This document shows positions 1 through 13,200 of a stretch of 64,000 nucleotides of DNA, piece after piece (positions within the stretch are counted from its first letter, which is position 1; every line of letters starts with the position of its first letter). Origin of the DNA: Escherichia coli. GTDB taxonomy: Bacteria > Pseudomonadota > Gammaproteobacteria > Enterobacterales > Enterobacteriaceae. Position numbers and translations under genes: made by a program. Below the pieces are notes generated by a model, which saw only the letters and a list, made by a program, of their open reading frames with translations, did not search any database and had not been told where the DNA came from. The stretch is taken from assembly GCF_003334385.1 (NCBI RefSeq), contig NZ_QOWN01000001.1, one strand, 5' to 3'.

Positions 1-804
1 CCATTCAATGCCAAGACCGTAATAGAGCGGCGTTGGCACCATAATCAGTTCTTGCGTCATAGGTTCGTTGCTTTCTGGCAACATGCCCATAAACCACGCC
101 AGCGCATATCCGGCCGCCATCGCAATTACCAGTGAGGCCACGCGTAAGTAAGGGTTACGTTGACGGTTAAGCAGGATAATTAAGGCTAAGACCACGCCTG
201 CCAGCAGCAGATTTTTCGGTGCGCCGAAGGTGTTATCGCTCATGGCTGCGTAACCGCCGCCAATGGACGTTAACCCAACCTGAATTAGCGACAGGCCGAT
301 AATCATCACCACAACGCCAGAAACCAGCGGCGTAATAATGCGGCGCGCCAGATGCAGAACGCGGGAGATCACCATCTCGGTGCAACTTGCCAGCATCAAC
401 GTGCCGAACAAAGCCGCCATCATGGTAGGAACATCAGCACCACCGGTTTTCAGCGCGGTACCGCCCATAATCAGCGGGGCAACAAAGTTGAAGCTGGTGC
501 CCTGAATAGACAACAGCCCGGAGCCAACCGGACCCCAGGCCTTAATTTGAATAATCGATGCCACACCGGAGGCAAACAGCGACATACTAATAATGTGTTG
601 CGTGTCTTGTGCCGGTAAACCCAGCGCCTGGCAGATTAATAGCGCTGGCGTGATCACCGCAACGAACATCGCCAGCAGATGCTGACAGGCGGCAAACAGG
701 GTTTGAGGAAGCGGCGGACGATCTTCAAGACGGTAAATCAGTTCGCTGTTTTGAGTCTGCGCAACCGGTTGCGCATTTTCTGACTCGAGGGTGGAAACAG
801 ACAT
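1..804 (-). CDS. xanP: xanthine/proton symporter XanP (NCS2 family); 5' part only, gene runs off the left edge
   Basis: The reverse frame is open from the window edge to the ATG at 804-802. Translation starts [36 protein letters not shown], recognised as E. coli YicE/XanP. It is absent from the ORF track because there is no stop in the window. Confidence 0.85.
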
Positions 805-1083
805 CGAAAACAATCCCGTGGTAGCAAAGCGGGCATTTTAGCTGACCGAAAGAGAAAAGCAAACGTTTGCCACATCCTCATCTAAATATTTAAATGAGAT
901 AAATGCACTTTTTTATATAACTTTTGGTATTTTTCTGCTTAAAATCCATGCCATTTGTTCATTAACAGCTGAGAATTTGACCCAGGAAAGCATAACTCGA
1001 TACCCGTCATAGTTCATGAAGTTGCCACTGCGCGATGAAGTATGACGAGTATGAAAGAGTGATGCGGATACAAAGGAGTAACT

Positions 1084-2289
1084 ATGTTTCATCTCGATAC
1101 TTTAGCAACGCTTGTTGCCGCAACGCTGACGTTGCTGCTCGGGCGTAAGTTGGTCCATTCCGTCTCCTTTTTGAAGAAATACACCATACCGGAACCTGTT
1201 GCGGGTGGTTTGTTGGTGGCGCTGGCGCTACTAGTACTGAAAAAAAGCATGGGCTGGGAAGTCAACTTTGATATGTCCCTGCGCGATCCGTTAATGCTGG
1301 CTTTCTTCGCCACCATTGGCCTGAACGCCAACATTGCCAGTTTGCGTGCCGGTGGGCGTGTGGTTGGCATCTTCTTGATTGTGGTTGTTGGTCTGTTGGT
1401 GATGCAAAATGCCATTGGCATTGGTATGGCTAGCTTGTTAGGGCTTGATCCGCTGATGGGGCTGTTGGCCGGTTCTATTACGCTTTCCGGCGGTCACGGT
1501 ACGGGCGCTGCGTGGAGTAAATTGTTCATTGAACGTTATGGCTTCACCAATGCGACGGAAGTGGCGATGGCCTGTGCAACGTTCGGTCTGGTGCTGGGCG
1601 GCTTGATTGGCGGTCCGGTGGCGCGCTATCTGGTGAAACACTCCACCACGCCGAACGGTATTCCGGATGACCAGGAAGTCCCGACGGCGTTTGAAAAGCC
1701 GGATGTGGGACGCATGATCACCTCGTTGGTGCTGATTGAAACTATCGCGCTGATTGCTATCTGCCTGACGGTGGGGAAAATTGTTGCGCAACTTTTGGCT
1801 GGCACTGCTTTTGAACTGCCGACCTTCGTCTGTGTACTGTTTGTTGGCGTGATTCTGAGCAACGGTCTGTCAATAATGGGCTTTTACCGCGTCTTTGAGC
1901 GTGCGGTATCCGTGCTGGGTAACGTAAGCTTGTCGTTGTTCCTGGCGATGGCGTTGATGGGGCTGAAACTGTGGGAGCTGGCTTCGCTGGCGCTGCCGAT
2001 GCTGGCGATTCTGGTGGTACAGACCATCTTCATGGCGTTGTATGCCATCTTCGTTACCTGGCGCATGATGGGCAAAAACTACGATGCGGCAGTGCTGGCT
2101 GCGGGTCACTGTGGTTTTGGCCTCGGTGCAACGCCAACGGCAATCGCCAACATGCAGGCGATCACTGAACGCTTTGGCCCGTCGCACATGGCGTTTTTGG
2201 TGGTGCCGATGGTCGGTGCGTTCTTTATCGATATCGTCAATGCGCTGGTAATTAAGTTGTATTTGATGTTGCCGATTTTTGCCGGTTAA
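1084..2289 (+). CDS. gltS: sodium/glutamate symporter GltS
   Basis: 401-aa ORF, highly hydrophobic multi-TM protein starting MFHLDTLATLVAATLTLLLGRKLV. Recognised as GltS, with the expected synteny next to xanP and recG. Confidence 0.95.
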   Translation: MFHLDTLATLVAATLTLLLGRKLVHSVSFLKKYTIPEPVAGGLLVALALLVLKKSMGWEVNFDMSLRDPLMLAFFATIGLNANIASLRAGGRVVGIFLIVVVGLLVMQNAIGIGMASLLGLDPLMGLLAGSITLSGGHGTGAAWSKLFIERYGFTNATEVAMACATFGLVLGGLIGGPVARYLVKHSTTPNGIPDDQEVPTAFEKPDVGRMITSLVLIETIALIAICLTVGKIVAQLLAGTAFELPTFVCVLFVGVILSNGLSIMGFYRVFERAVSVLGNVSLSLFLAMALMGLKLWELASLALPMLAILVVQTIFMALYAIFVTWRMMGKNYDAAVLAAGHCGFGLGATPTAIANMQAITERFGPSHMAFLVVPMVGAFFIDIVNALVIKLYLMLPIFAG

Positions 2290-2297
2290 CCGATGAA

Positions 2298-2319
2298 GCG
2301 GCGGTAGAAGTGCCGCCGC
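2298..2319 (+). terminator. GC-rich hairpin just after the gltS stop (stem gcggcgg/ccgccgc)
   Basis: The inverted repeat gcggcgg-N8-ccgccgc begins 9 nt after the TAA at 2287-2289. There is no strong T-run, so confidence is moderate. Confidence 0.45.
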
Positions 2320-2332
2320 AACAAAGACAAAT

Positions 2333-2412
2333 GCCTGATACGCTTCGCTTATCAAGCCTGCGTATTGATTCATAATTTATTGAATTTGTAGGGTGATGAA
2401 TCGCATCCGGCA
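2333..2412. repeat. pair of REP-type palindromic units in inverted orientation (BIME-like)
   Basis: gcctgatacgcttcgcttatcaagcctgcg and tgtagggtgatgaatcgcatccggca resemble the REP consensus (GCCGGATGCGxxxxxxCGCCTTATCCGGCCTAC family). They lie in the gltS/recG convergent intergenic region. Confidence 0.6.
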
Positions 2413-2457
2413 GGAAGGTAGGGTAACCTGAAATGGCGGTCTTCTCACTGCCGCCTT

Positions 2458-4539
2458 TTACGCATTCGAGTAACGTTCCGTCTCCGGCATCCAGCGTTCT
2501 ATCAGGGCTTTTGCCTGTTGTGGGTAACGTTCGTGAATATGGCGTGCCAGGCGCTGAACTTCCGGGATCATCGCCTGATCGCGCAGTAAATCCGCCACTT
2601 TAAATTCAGCATTACCCGTCTGACGCGTGCCTAACAATTCGCCAGGGCCGCGAATCTCCAGATCTTTTTGCGCAATCACAAAACCGTCGTTACTGTCGCG
2701 CAGCACTTGCAGGCGAATTTGCGCCGTTTTAGAAAGCGGCGTTTTGTAGAGCAGCACGCAGTGAGAAGCCACCGCGCCACGACCTACGCGCCCGCGCAGC
2801 TGGTGTAACTGCGCCAGACCCAGACGCTCCGGGTTTTCGATAATCATCAGACTGGCGTTAGGCACATCAACGCCGACTTCAATAACGGTTGTGGCAACCA
2901 GCAGGTGTAGCTCACCTTGTTTAAACGACGCCATCACCGCCTGTTTCTCGGCAGGTTTCATCCGCCCGTGTACCAGGCCAACGTTCAACTCTGGTAGCGC
3001 CAGTTTCAACTCTTCCCAGGTAGCTTCCGCCGCCTGCGCTTCCAGCAATTCCGACTCTTCAATCAACGTACAAACCCAGTATGCCTGACGACCTTCAGTT
3101 ATGCAGGCGTGGTGCACGCGGTCAATGATGTCGGTACGGCGGGTATCAGGAATAGCGACCGTAGTCACTGGCGTGCGGCCTGGCGGCAGCTCATCTATCA
3201 CCGAGGTATCGAGATCGGCATACGCAGTCATTGCCAGCGTGCGGGGGATCGGCGTGGCGGTCATGATCAACTGATGCGGATGGAAGCCCTGCTGCTGGCC
3301 TTTCTCCCACAATGCCAGACGCTGATGCACGCCAAAACGATGCTGTTCGTCGATAATCACCAGCGCCAGGCCGTTAAACTGCACCTGTTCCTGGAAGATG
3401 GCGTGTGTACCGACAATCATCTGCACCTGACCGCTGGCGATGGCTTCCTGCTGTGCCAGCCGTGCTTTACCTTTCTGCTTACCGGCGAGCCAGCCCACTT
3501 CGATACCGAGCGGTGCAAACCAGTTGCGGAAGTTATTGGCGTGCTGCTCGGCGAGTAATTCGGTTGGTGCCATCAATGCTACCTGTTTGCCGTGGGCAAT
3601 CGCACGCAACGCGGCGAGGGCGGCGACCAGCGTTTTACCGGAACCTACATCGCCCTGCACCAGACGCATCATCGGCACATCCAGCGCCATATCGCGCTCG
3701 ATCTCCGCCACTACGCGTGCCTGTGCGCCCGTTGGCTTGAACGGTAAGGCGGCGAGGAGTTTATTTTTCAGCGTGTCATTGGCGCTCAGCGGCTGGGCAT
3801 GAAAACGCTGTGCTCCGGCACGTAAGGCTAACATGCTGAGGTTGTGCGCCAGCAGTTCTTCCAGAATCAGACGACGTTGCGCCGGATGCTGCCCGGTTTC
3901 CAGATCGCTAAGCTGTAGCGTCGGTGGCGGGCGGTGCAAAGTGCGCAACGCTTCCGGTAGCGTCATCATTCCTTGTGACAGTTCCGGCGGCAGGAGTTCT
4001 TCAATGGCGCAGGTGTCGAGCAGATCCAGCGCCTGGTCGGTTAATTTACGCAGCGTGGCCTGCTTTACGCCTTCCGTTGTTGGATAAACCGGCGTGAGCG
4101 TTTCCTGTAATTCTGGCGTGCTGAGATCGCCCTGCACGCGGTATTCCGGGTGGATCATCTCCGCACCATATTTACCGCGCTTTGCTTCGCCATAAGCCAG
4201 TACACGGCGGCCCGCCGCCAGGCTATTTTTCATTGCCGCGCTGAAATTGAAAAAGCGCATGGTGAGGATGCCGGAACCGTCGCTGATCTGGCAGGTCATC
4301 ATCCGCCGACCGCCGAAGGAGATATTGCAGTTCAGCACTTCGCCTTCCACCGTGGCATAAACGCCCGGCAGTAGTTCTCCGATGGGGTAGAGATGGGTGC
4401 GATCTTCGTAGCGCAGGGGAAGGTGTAAGAGTAGATCCTGCACGGTATGCAGGTTGATTTTCGCCAGTTTGTTACTAAGTGCTGCGCCAACGCCCGTTAG
4501 GGAACTGAGTGGGACAGCATCTAACAGGCGACCTTTCAT
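2458..4539 (-). CDS. recG: ATP-dependent DNA helicase RecG
   Basis: ORF 2458..4572. I place the start at the internal ATG (4539), giving 693 aa that begin MKGRLLDAVPLSSLTGVG. Contains the Walker A motif GDVGSGKT and the DEQHRFG box. Confidence 0.95.
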   Translation of the reverse strand: MKGRLLDAVPLSSLTGVGAALSNKLAKINLHTVQDLLLHLPLRYEDRTHLYPIGELLPGVYATVEGEVLNCNISFGGRRMMTCQISDGSGILTMRFFNFSAAMKNSLAAGRRVLAYGEAKRGKYGAEMIHPEYRVQGDLSTPELQETLTPVYPTTEGVKQATLRKLTDQALDLLDTCAIEELLPPELSQGMMTLPEALRTLHRPPPTLQLSDLETGQHPAQRRLILEELLAHNLSMLALRAGAQRFHAQPLSANDTLKNKLLAALPFKPTGAQARVVAEIERDMALDVPMMRLVQGDVGSGKTLVAALAALRAIAHGKQVALMAPTELLAEQHANNFRNWFAPLGIEVGWLAGKQKGKARLAQQEAIASGQVQMIVGTHAIFQEQVQFNGLALVIIDEQHRFGVHQRLALWEKGQQQGFHPHQLIMTATPIPRTLAMTAYADLDTSVIDELPPGRTPVTTVAIPDTRRTDIIDRVHHACITEGRQAYWVCTLIEESELLEAQAAEATWEELKLALPELNVGLVHGRMKPAEKQAVMASFKQGELHLLVATTVIEVGVDVPNASLMIIENPERLGLAQLHQLRGRVGRGAVASHCVLLYKTPLSKTAQIRLQVLRDSNDGFVIAQKDLEIRGPGELLGTRQTGNAEFKVADLLRDQAMIPEVQRLARHIHERYPQQAKALIERWMPETERYSNA

Positions 4540-4544
4540 GGCAC

Positions 4545-5234
4545 TTACCCTGCAGCCTGCATAGTAGCCCACCAGTCGGCATCAGCTTCGATCTCGCCTT
4601 GCTGATTGACGTGGGGATAAGGCAGGCCTTTGCGTTTTGCGACTTTCGCCAGCACCGGATAGCCGCCTTCAAACAACAGGCGTTGTTGCTCTGCTTCCGG
4701 CAACATGCTGTTTTCACGCAGGTACATGCCTGCATTTTGCCGCTGACGCTGGGCTTCGTAAAGAATGAGGGCTGAGGCAACGGAAACATTCAGCGACTGC
4801 ACCATGCCGATCATCGGAATGATGATGTCCTGATCCGCCAGGGCCAATGCTTCCTGCGTGATGCCCGTTTTCTCCTGTCCCATCAAAATGCAGGTCGGGC
4901 GAGTGTAATCAATTTCGCGGAAATCGACAGCGTTATCAGAAAGATGGGTTGCCAGAATCTGCATGCCCTGGCCTTTGAGATGAGCGACGGCATCGCCAAT
5001 GGTGCGGTGTGTTTTCACCTGTACCCAGCTGTTACTACCCGCCGCTGCCGAAGCCATGGTGCGCATGCGGCTACCAGGCCAGACGGCGTGAACTTCATGT
5101 ACGCCAACGGCATCTGCGGTACGAATAATCGCAGAAACGTTATGAGGTTTGTGGACCTGCTCCATGCAGACGGTCAGATCAGGCTGCCGCCTGGCGAGCA
5201 TTTCGCAGATGCGTGCATAACGTGTTGGGTTCAT
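4545..5234 (-). CDS. trmH: tRNA (Gm18) 2'-O-methyltransferase TrmH (SpoU)
   Basis: 229-aa ORF starting MNPTRYARICEMLARRQPDLTV, a SpoU-family methylase. It is the fourth gene of the gmk-rpoZ-spoT-trmH-recG run. Confidence 0.93.
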   Translation of the reverse strand: MNPTRYARICEMLARRQPDLTVCMEQVHKPHNVSAIIRTADAVGVHEVHAVWPGSRMRTMASAAAGSNSWVQVKTHRTIGDAVAHLKGQGMQILATHLSDNAVDFREIDYTRPTCILMGQEKTGITQEALALADQDIIIPMIGMVQSLNVSVASALILYEAQRQRQNAGMYLRENSMLPEAEQQRLLFEGGYPVLAKVAKRKGLPYPHVNQQGEIEADADWWATMQAAG

Positions 5235-5240
5235 AAAACA

Positions 5241-7349
5241 TTAATTTCGGTTTCGGGTGACTTTAATCACGTCTGGCATCACGCGGATTTTGCGCATGAT
5301 ATTCGCCAGATGCACACGGTCACGAGCGGTCAGACGAATAAAGGCGCTGTAGACGCGACCATCTTTCTCTTCCGTATTCAAACTTTGAATATTCGAAGTC
5401 GTGGTGTTAATTGCCGCCGTCAGGTTTGCCAGCGCACCCTGATGATTGAACATCTCCACCTTGATTTCGGTGATGAACTCCTGCGCCGTCTCTTTATCCC
5501 ATTCCACAGCCATAAACTTCTCTGGCTCTTTCTGGTAGCCACGGATATTACGGCAGGATTCATGGTGGATCACCAGACCTTTACCGGGGCTGACGTGGGC
5601 GATAATCGGGTCGCCAGGAATAGGGCGGCAGCATTTCGCAAAGGTGATCAGCACGCCATCGGCACCTTTAATGGGCAGATGTCCGTGGCTTTGGGTTGCC
5701 GGTGGAATGGAGGCGTCCCCATGTTGCAGATTTTTCGCGACCACCACGCTCATTGCGTTACCAAGTCCGATTTCTGCCAGCAGATCGTCAAGCGTTGCCA
5801 GCTTCATGCGATCCAGCTCGCGCTGAATATTTTCCTGCGGGATTTCATTCAGCTTACGGCTACCACCCAAAGCATGGTTGAGCAGACGACGGCCCAGGCT
5901 TACAGAATCATCACGCTTGAGGTTTTTCAGCAACTGACGAATTTTGGCGCGCGCTTTCGAGCTAACGACAAAGTTCAGCCAAGCGGCATTCGGGCGAGCG
6001 CCCGGAGCGGTAATGATTTCAACGGTTTGACCGCTGGTAAGCGGCTGCGACAGCGGGTAAGGCTGGCGGTCAACGCGTGCGCCCACGCAGGCATGACCGA
6101 TATCGGTATGCACTGCATAAGCGAAGTCGACGGGCGTTGCACCGGCAGGCAGCTCGACAATGCGCCCTTCCGGTGTGAAAACGTAAATCTCATCCGGGAA
6201 GAGATCGGATTTAACGCTCTCGATAAATTCAAACGAACTACCGGCGCTCTGTTGCAGCTCCAGCAGGCTTTGCATCCAGCGCTGGGCGCGGATTTGTGCG
6301 GTAGTACTGGTTTCGCCGTGCTCTTTATAAGCCCAGTGCGCGGCAACACCCATCTCCGCCATCTGGTCCATATCTTCGGTACGGATCTGGACCTCAACCG
6401 GCACACCGTGCGGGCCGATCATCGAGGTGTGCAAAGACTGATAGCCGTTCGCTTTTGGAATGGCGATATAGTCTTTCACGCGGCCCGGACGCGGCTTGTA
6501 CAGGCTGTGCATCTGGCCCAGCACGCGATAACAGGTGTCAGAATCATTGACGATCACGCGGAAAGCGTAGATGTCCATGATCGAGTGAAAACGCTGCTCT
6601 TTGAGCACCATTTTGCAGTAAATCGAATAAAGATGCTTCTCGCGACCACTGACGCGGCACGGTATTCCCGCTTCCTGCAAACGCCCTTCGATTTCAGAAA
6701 GAATCTTCTGGATCATCTCTTTACGGTTGCCGCGCGCGGCTTTCACCACTTCTTTGATTACGCGATAACGGTTGGGATACAGCGCCTCAAAACCCAGCTC
6801 TTCGAGTTCGGTTTTAATGTGGTGGATACCTAAACGGTGCGCCAGCGGGCTATAAATTTCGAGAGTTTCACGGGCGATGCGGCGACGTTTGTCCGGGCGA
6901 AGTGAGCCCAGCGTGCGCATGTTGTGGGTACGGTCGGCAAGTTTGATGAGGATGACGCGGATATCCTGCACCATCGCCATAATCATCTTGCGAAAGTTTT
7001 CGGCCTGCGCCTCTTTCTTATCGCGGAACTTGAGTTTATCAAGTTTCGACACCCCCTCTACCAGCTCGGCGACGCTTTTACCAAAAAGCTGTTCCATATC
7101 CTGGTAGGTGGCGGGAGTATCTTCAATCACGTCATGCAGCAGCGCCGCCATCAGCGTTTCATAGTCGAGTTTCATCTCGGCCAGAATGCAGGCAACCGCT
7201 ACCGGGTGCGTGATATAGGGTTCACCGCTTGAACGTGTTTGCCCCTCGTGAGCATCACGTGCAACGAGATACGCCTGCCGCAGACGCTTGATTTGGTCTT
7301 CCGGCAGGTAGGTTTGAATCAGTTGATTCAGGCTTTCAAACAGATACAA
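5241..7349 (-). CDS. spoT: bifunctional (p)ppGpp synthase/hydrolase SpoT
   Basis: 702-aa ORF starting MYLFESLNQLIQTYLPEDQIKRLRQAY. Has the HD domain motif HDVIEDT and lies downstream of rpoZ. Confidence 0.97.
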   Translation of the reverse strand: MYLFESLNQLIQTYLPEDQIKRLRQAYLVARDAHEGQTRSSGEPYITHPVAVACILAEMKLDYETLMAALLHDVIEDTPATYQDMEQLFGKSVAELVEGVSKLDKLKFRDKKEAQAENFRKMIMAMVQDIRVILIKLADRTHNMRTLGSLRPDKRRRIARETLEIYSPLAHRLGIHHIKTELEELGFEALYPNRYRVIKEVVKAARGNRKEMIQKILSEIEGRLQEAGIPCRVSGREKHLYSIYCKMVLKEQRFHSIMDIYAFRVIVNDSDTCYRVLGQMHSLYKPRPGRVKDYIAIPKANGYQSLHTSMIGPHGVPVEVQIRTEDMDQMAEMGVAAHWAYKEHGETSTTAQIRAQRWMQSLLELQQSAGSSFEFIESVKSDLFPDEIYVFTPEGRIVELPAGATPVDFAYAVHTDIGHACVGARVDRQPYPLSQPLTSGQTVEIITAPGARPNAAWLNFVVSSKARAKIRQLLKNLKRDDSVSLGRRLLNHALGGSRKLNEIPQENIQRELDRMKLATLDDLLAEIGLGNAMSVVVAKNLQHGDASIPPATQSHGHLPIKGADGVLITFAKCCRPIPGDPIIAHVSPGKGLVIHHESCRNIRGYQKEPEKFMAVEWDKETAQEFITEIKVEMFNHQGALANLTAAINTTTSNIQSLNTEEKDGRVYSAFIRLTARDRVHLANIMRKIRVMPDVIKVTRNRN

Positions 7350-7367
7350 GGGCGACCCGCTTTGTGA

Positions 7368-7643
7368 TTAACGACGACCTTCAGCAATAGCGGTAACGGC
7401 TTGTAATTCAGCGGCTTCCTGCTCTTGCTGTTCCTGGCGTTCGCGAACGTCGAGGATCTGGTTGTTGATCAGACCTTCTTCGATTTCGCGCAGCGCGATT
7501 ACAGTGGTTTTATCGTTTTCTTCCGGTACCAGCGGATCCTTTCCGCCTACCTGCATCTGACGAGCGCGACGCGCGGCGACCAGTACCAGGTCAAAACGGT
7601 TACCAATTTTCTCTACAGCGTCCTGAACAGTTACGCGTGCCAT
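7368..7643 (-). CDS. rpoZ: RNA polymerase omega subunit
   Basis: 91-aa ORF starting [31 protein letters not shown], recognised as RpoZ. Confidence 0.97.
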
Positions 7644-7697
7644 ACTTAAAAAGCTCCACAGGTGAAGAAATGACTGGGCATGATACTGAAATCAGGT

Positions 7698-10875
<3,178 letters not shown>

Positions 10876-11165
10876 GGTTCTCTCCCTAAAAATCTGTCTG
10901 GCAGGGTAGCGATTTGTGCGCATTGTCACGATTGAGATTTTTTAAGGGGAGGGGAAATTGATAACTTGTAGTTATGTGAAATCGCTATTTTCTGTAGCAG
11001 AGATGCATTCTTCTGACTTCTTGTCTGAGAAAATGCATAAGAAAAAATAGGTTAAAACTGAGGGGGGAAAAGAAAGGTGCAATATTTAGCCATTGTGTTC
11101 ACTGCACCTGGACCTTGGCTTACGCATCGGGTGTCTCAATCAACAAAAAGAGTTTTTAGTTTCTG

Positions 11166-11990
11166 CTATTTCTTCTCTGTAATTTTTACACTGTTTTCCA
11201 ACTGCTTGATGCTGACCTGCGGGGTCGGCAACTCCTCAGGCATGGTTCCGCCAAGTTCCTGAATGGTTTGCCTCACCTTGCGACCCACGTCAAAGTGTGT
11301 GGTGTTTGCTTGCTGTTTTGAATTCACGCCATCCCGCTTGAGTTTTTCTTCTGTTTGGGTAGCTCGAAAGAGATTAGCCGCCAGTTCTGTTGAACCCATA
11401 TGATCCAGGATCTTCTGATTCTTTTTCAGCCCCTTCCGCTGATGAATAGCTTTCTGATCTAATCCACCATACAGCCCCTGGTAACCATGATTCTGAAATA
11501 TGGCGAAATCAGTAGCTGTCGCTACCCCAGCTTGCTGTGCTGCCTCAACCAATTGTTTGTTATGTTCTTTCAACTCATTTCTCAGAAACAGACGCTTTTC
11601 GTCTTCACGAAGTTGCTTAAATGCTTCATCGTCAGCAAGCTCCTGCCGTCGGGTCTGGATAGCAAAATAAGTCTGCCCTGCCGCAATGACCGGTTTCGCA
11701 GGGTCGCCGTTTTGTACTACCAGGTAACAGGCATAGCGGGAGAGTACGATGTCTTTTAATGCTCTTTTGGCATTTGAGCCAATTTTGACCATATCGAGGA
11801 TCTCCTCGAAATGGTCATCAATTGTGTGACCACTGTTCTCACAGGCTTCTTTGGCGCGCGTTAATACAGGTATAAAGTGACGATACTCTGAATAACCCAG
11901 TAGTTTCCCAAGTTGTCTTGCTGACCATTGTTCTGCTCCGTTTGCATTAATCAGTTTTATCTCTTCAAAAGGTTGATGATGTTCGTTCAT
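11166..11990 (-). CDS. dinD: DNA-damage-inducible protein DinD
   Basis: ORF 11166..12002. The ATG at 11990 gives 274 aa starting MNEHHQPFEEIKLINANGAEQW. A perfect LexA box sits about 45 nt upstream. Confidence 0.9.
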   Translation of the reverse strand: MNEHHQPFEEIKLINANGAEQWSARQLGKLLGYSEYRHFIPVLTRAKEACENSGHTIDDHFEEILDMVKIGSNAKRALKDIVLSRYACYLVVQNGDPAKPVIAAGQTYFAIQTRRQELADDEAFKQLREDEKRLFLRNELKEHNKQLVEAAQQAGVATATDFAIFQNHGYQGLYGGLDQKAIHQRKGLKKNQKILDHMGSTELAANLFRATQTEEKLKRDGVNSKQQANTTHFDVGRKVRQTIQELGGTMPEELPTPQVSIKQLENSVKITEKK

Positions 11991-12033
11991 TGCCCACTCC
12001 ATGTGATATCAATTGCAAAGAAAGTAAATCTGT

Positions 12034-12053
12034 AACTGTATTTATATACAGTT
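12034..12053 (-). promoter_or_regulatory. LexA (SOS) box of dinD
   Basis: aaCTGTatttatatACAGtt matches CTGT-N8-ACAG exactly, with an AT-rich spacer. It lies 44-63 nt upstream of the dinD ATG. Confidence 0.85.
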
Positions 12054-12146
12054 GTGAGTATCTCACGTTCTCAGTGTGCTGGGCAAAAAAACATCGCAAA
12101 ATCTGGAGCAGGCACGCAAAACAGAATTGAATGTTGCGGGGAAGAA

Positions 12147-12176
12147 AAATGCCGCTCTGTTTGAGTGGCGGCATTT
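12147..12176 (-). terminator. rho-independent terminator of yicC
   Basis: Stem aaatgccgc/gcggcattt (9 bp). On the minus strand it is followed by TTTTTCTT, and it sits 35 nt downstream of the yicC stop. Confidence 0.65.
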
Positions 12177-12210
12177 GTGAAGGCGGAAAAGTAAGAATTG
12201 GCGTTACGAG

Positions 12211-13074
12211 TTATTCGATGTTCTGAATCTGCTCGCGCATCTGCTCAATCAACACTTTCAGCTCGATGGCGGAGTTTGTCACTTCGGCATTGATAGACTT
12301 CGACGCAAGAGTGTTCGACTCGCGGTTGAACTCCTGCATCATAAAATCCAGACGACGACCAACCGCTTCTTTTTTCTTCAGAATGTTGTAGGTCTCTTTG
12401 ACATGCGCTTCGAGGCGATCCAGTTCTTCGGCAACGTCAATTCGTTGTGCCAGCAGAACCAGTTCCTGCTCCAGACGGTTGTTTTCCAGTTGCACCTGAG
12501 CATCTTCCAGCTTCGCGACCAGACGCTCACGCTGCCATTGCAGGATTTCCGGCATATGGGAGCGGACTTTGACCACTTCGGCGGTGACGCCTTCCAGACG
12601 CTGCTCGATCAATGCTTTCAGTGCCTGACCTTCGGTTTCGCGCGCGACAATAAAGTCGTCCAGCGTACCATCCAGCGCCGCGAGAATTTCAGCGGCAATG
12701 GCGTCAAGATCCTGCTCCTGGGCTGCCATCACGCCCGGCCAGCGTAGAATATCAACCGGGTTGATTTCCCCTTCGTCACTCTGCATTTTTACCCAGTTCG
12801 CGGCAGTTACCAGCTGTTTAGCCAGTTTTTCGTTGAGGATCAGCTCACCTTGCGCGCTAACATCTGGCTCATAGCGCAGGGTACATTCCACTTTACCGCG
12901 CGTCAGGCGAGAACGAATACGCTCGCGAACGACAGGTTCAAGGCTACGGAACTGCTCCGGCAGACGAAAGTAAGTTTCCAGATAACGCTGGTTTACCGAG
13001 CGCATTTCCCAGGTTGCGCTCCCCCATTCACCCTTGATTTCACGCCGGGCGTAGGCGGTCATACTGCGGATCAT
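12211..13074 (-). CDS. yicC: YicC-family stress-induced protein (reported endoribonuclease)
   Basis: 287-aa ORF starting MIRSMTAYARREIKGEWGSATWEMRSVNQRYLE, with YicC N- and C-terminal domains. It is divergent from rph. Confidence 0.9.
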   Translation of the reverse strand: MIRSMTAYARREIKGEWGSATWEMRSVNQRYLETYFRLPEQFRSLEPVVRERIRSRLTRGKVECTLRYEPDVSAQGELILNEKLAKQLVTAANWVKMQSDEGEINPVDILRWPGVMAAQEQDLDAIAAEILAALDGTLDDFIVARETEGQALKALIEQRLEGVTAEVVKVRSHMPEILQWQRERLVAKLEDAQVQLENNRLEQELVLLAQRIDVAEELDRLEAHVKETYNILKKKEAVGRRLDFMMQEFNRESNTLASKSINAEVTNSAIELKVLIEQMREQIQNIE

Positions 13075-13200
13075 AGACGTTCCTGTTTATAAAAGGAGAG
13101 GTGGAAGGATTATAGCCATCGATGCCTTGTCAGGATAGGAATAACCGCCGGAAGTCCGTATAATGCGCAGCCACATTTGTTTCAAGCCGGAGATTTCAAT

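Noticed and set aside
352-618. 88-aa plus-strand ORF
   Set aside because: It lies inside and antisense to xanP, so it is a shadow ORF.
2300-2307. Exact GGCGGTAG octamer (ops core) downstream of gltS
   Set aside because: It forms part of the gltS terminator stem, and the following bases (AAGT) do not fit the 12-nt ops consensus (..nnTG). It also lies after the gene end with no operon downstream on that strand. It is most likely a coincidence.
4944-6833. 629-aa ORF on the plus strand
   Set aside because: It is entirely antisense to trmH and spoT, both of which are recognised with confidence. Its translation is low-complexity and Arg/His/Gly-rich with no motif. It is a typical shadow ORF caused by the codon bias of the real gene.
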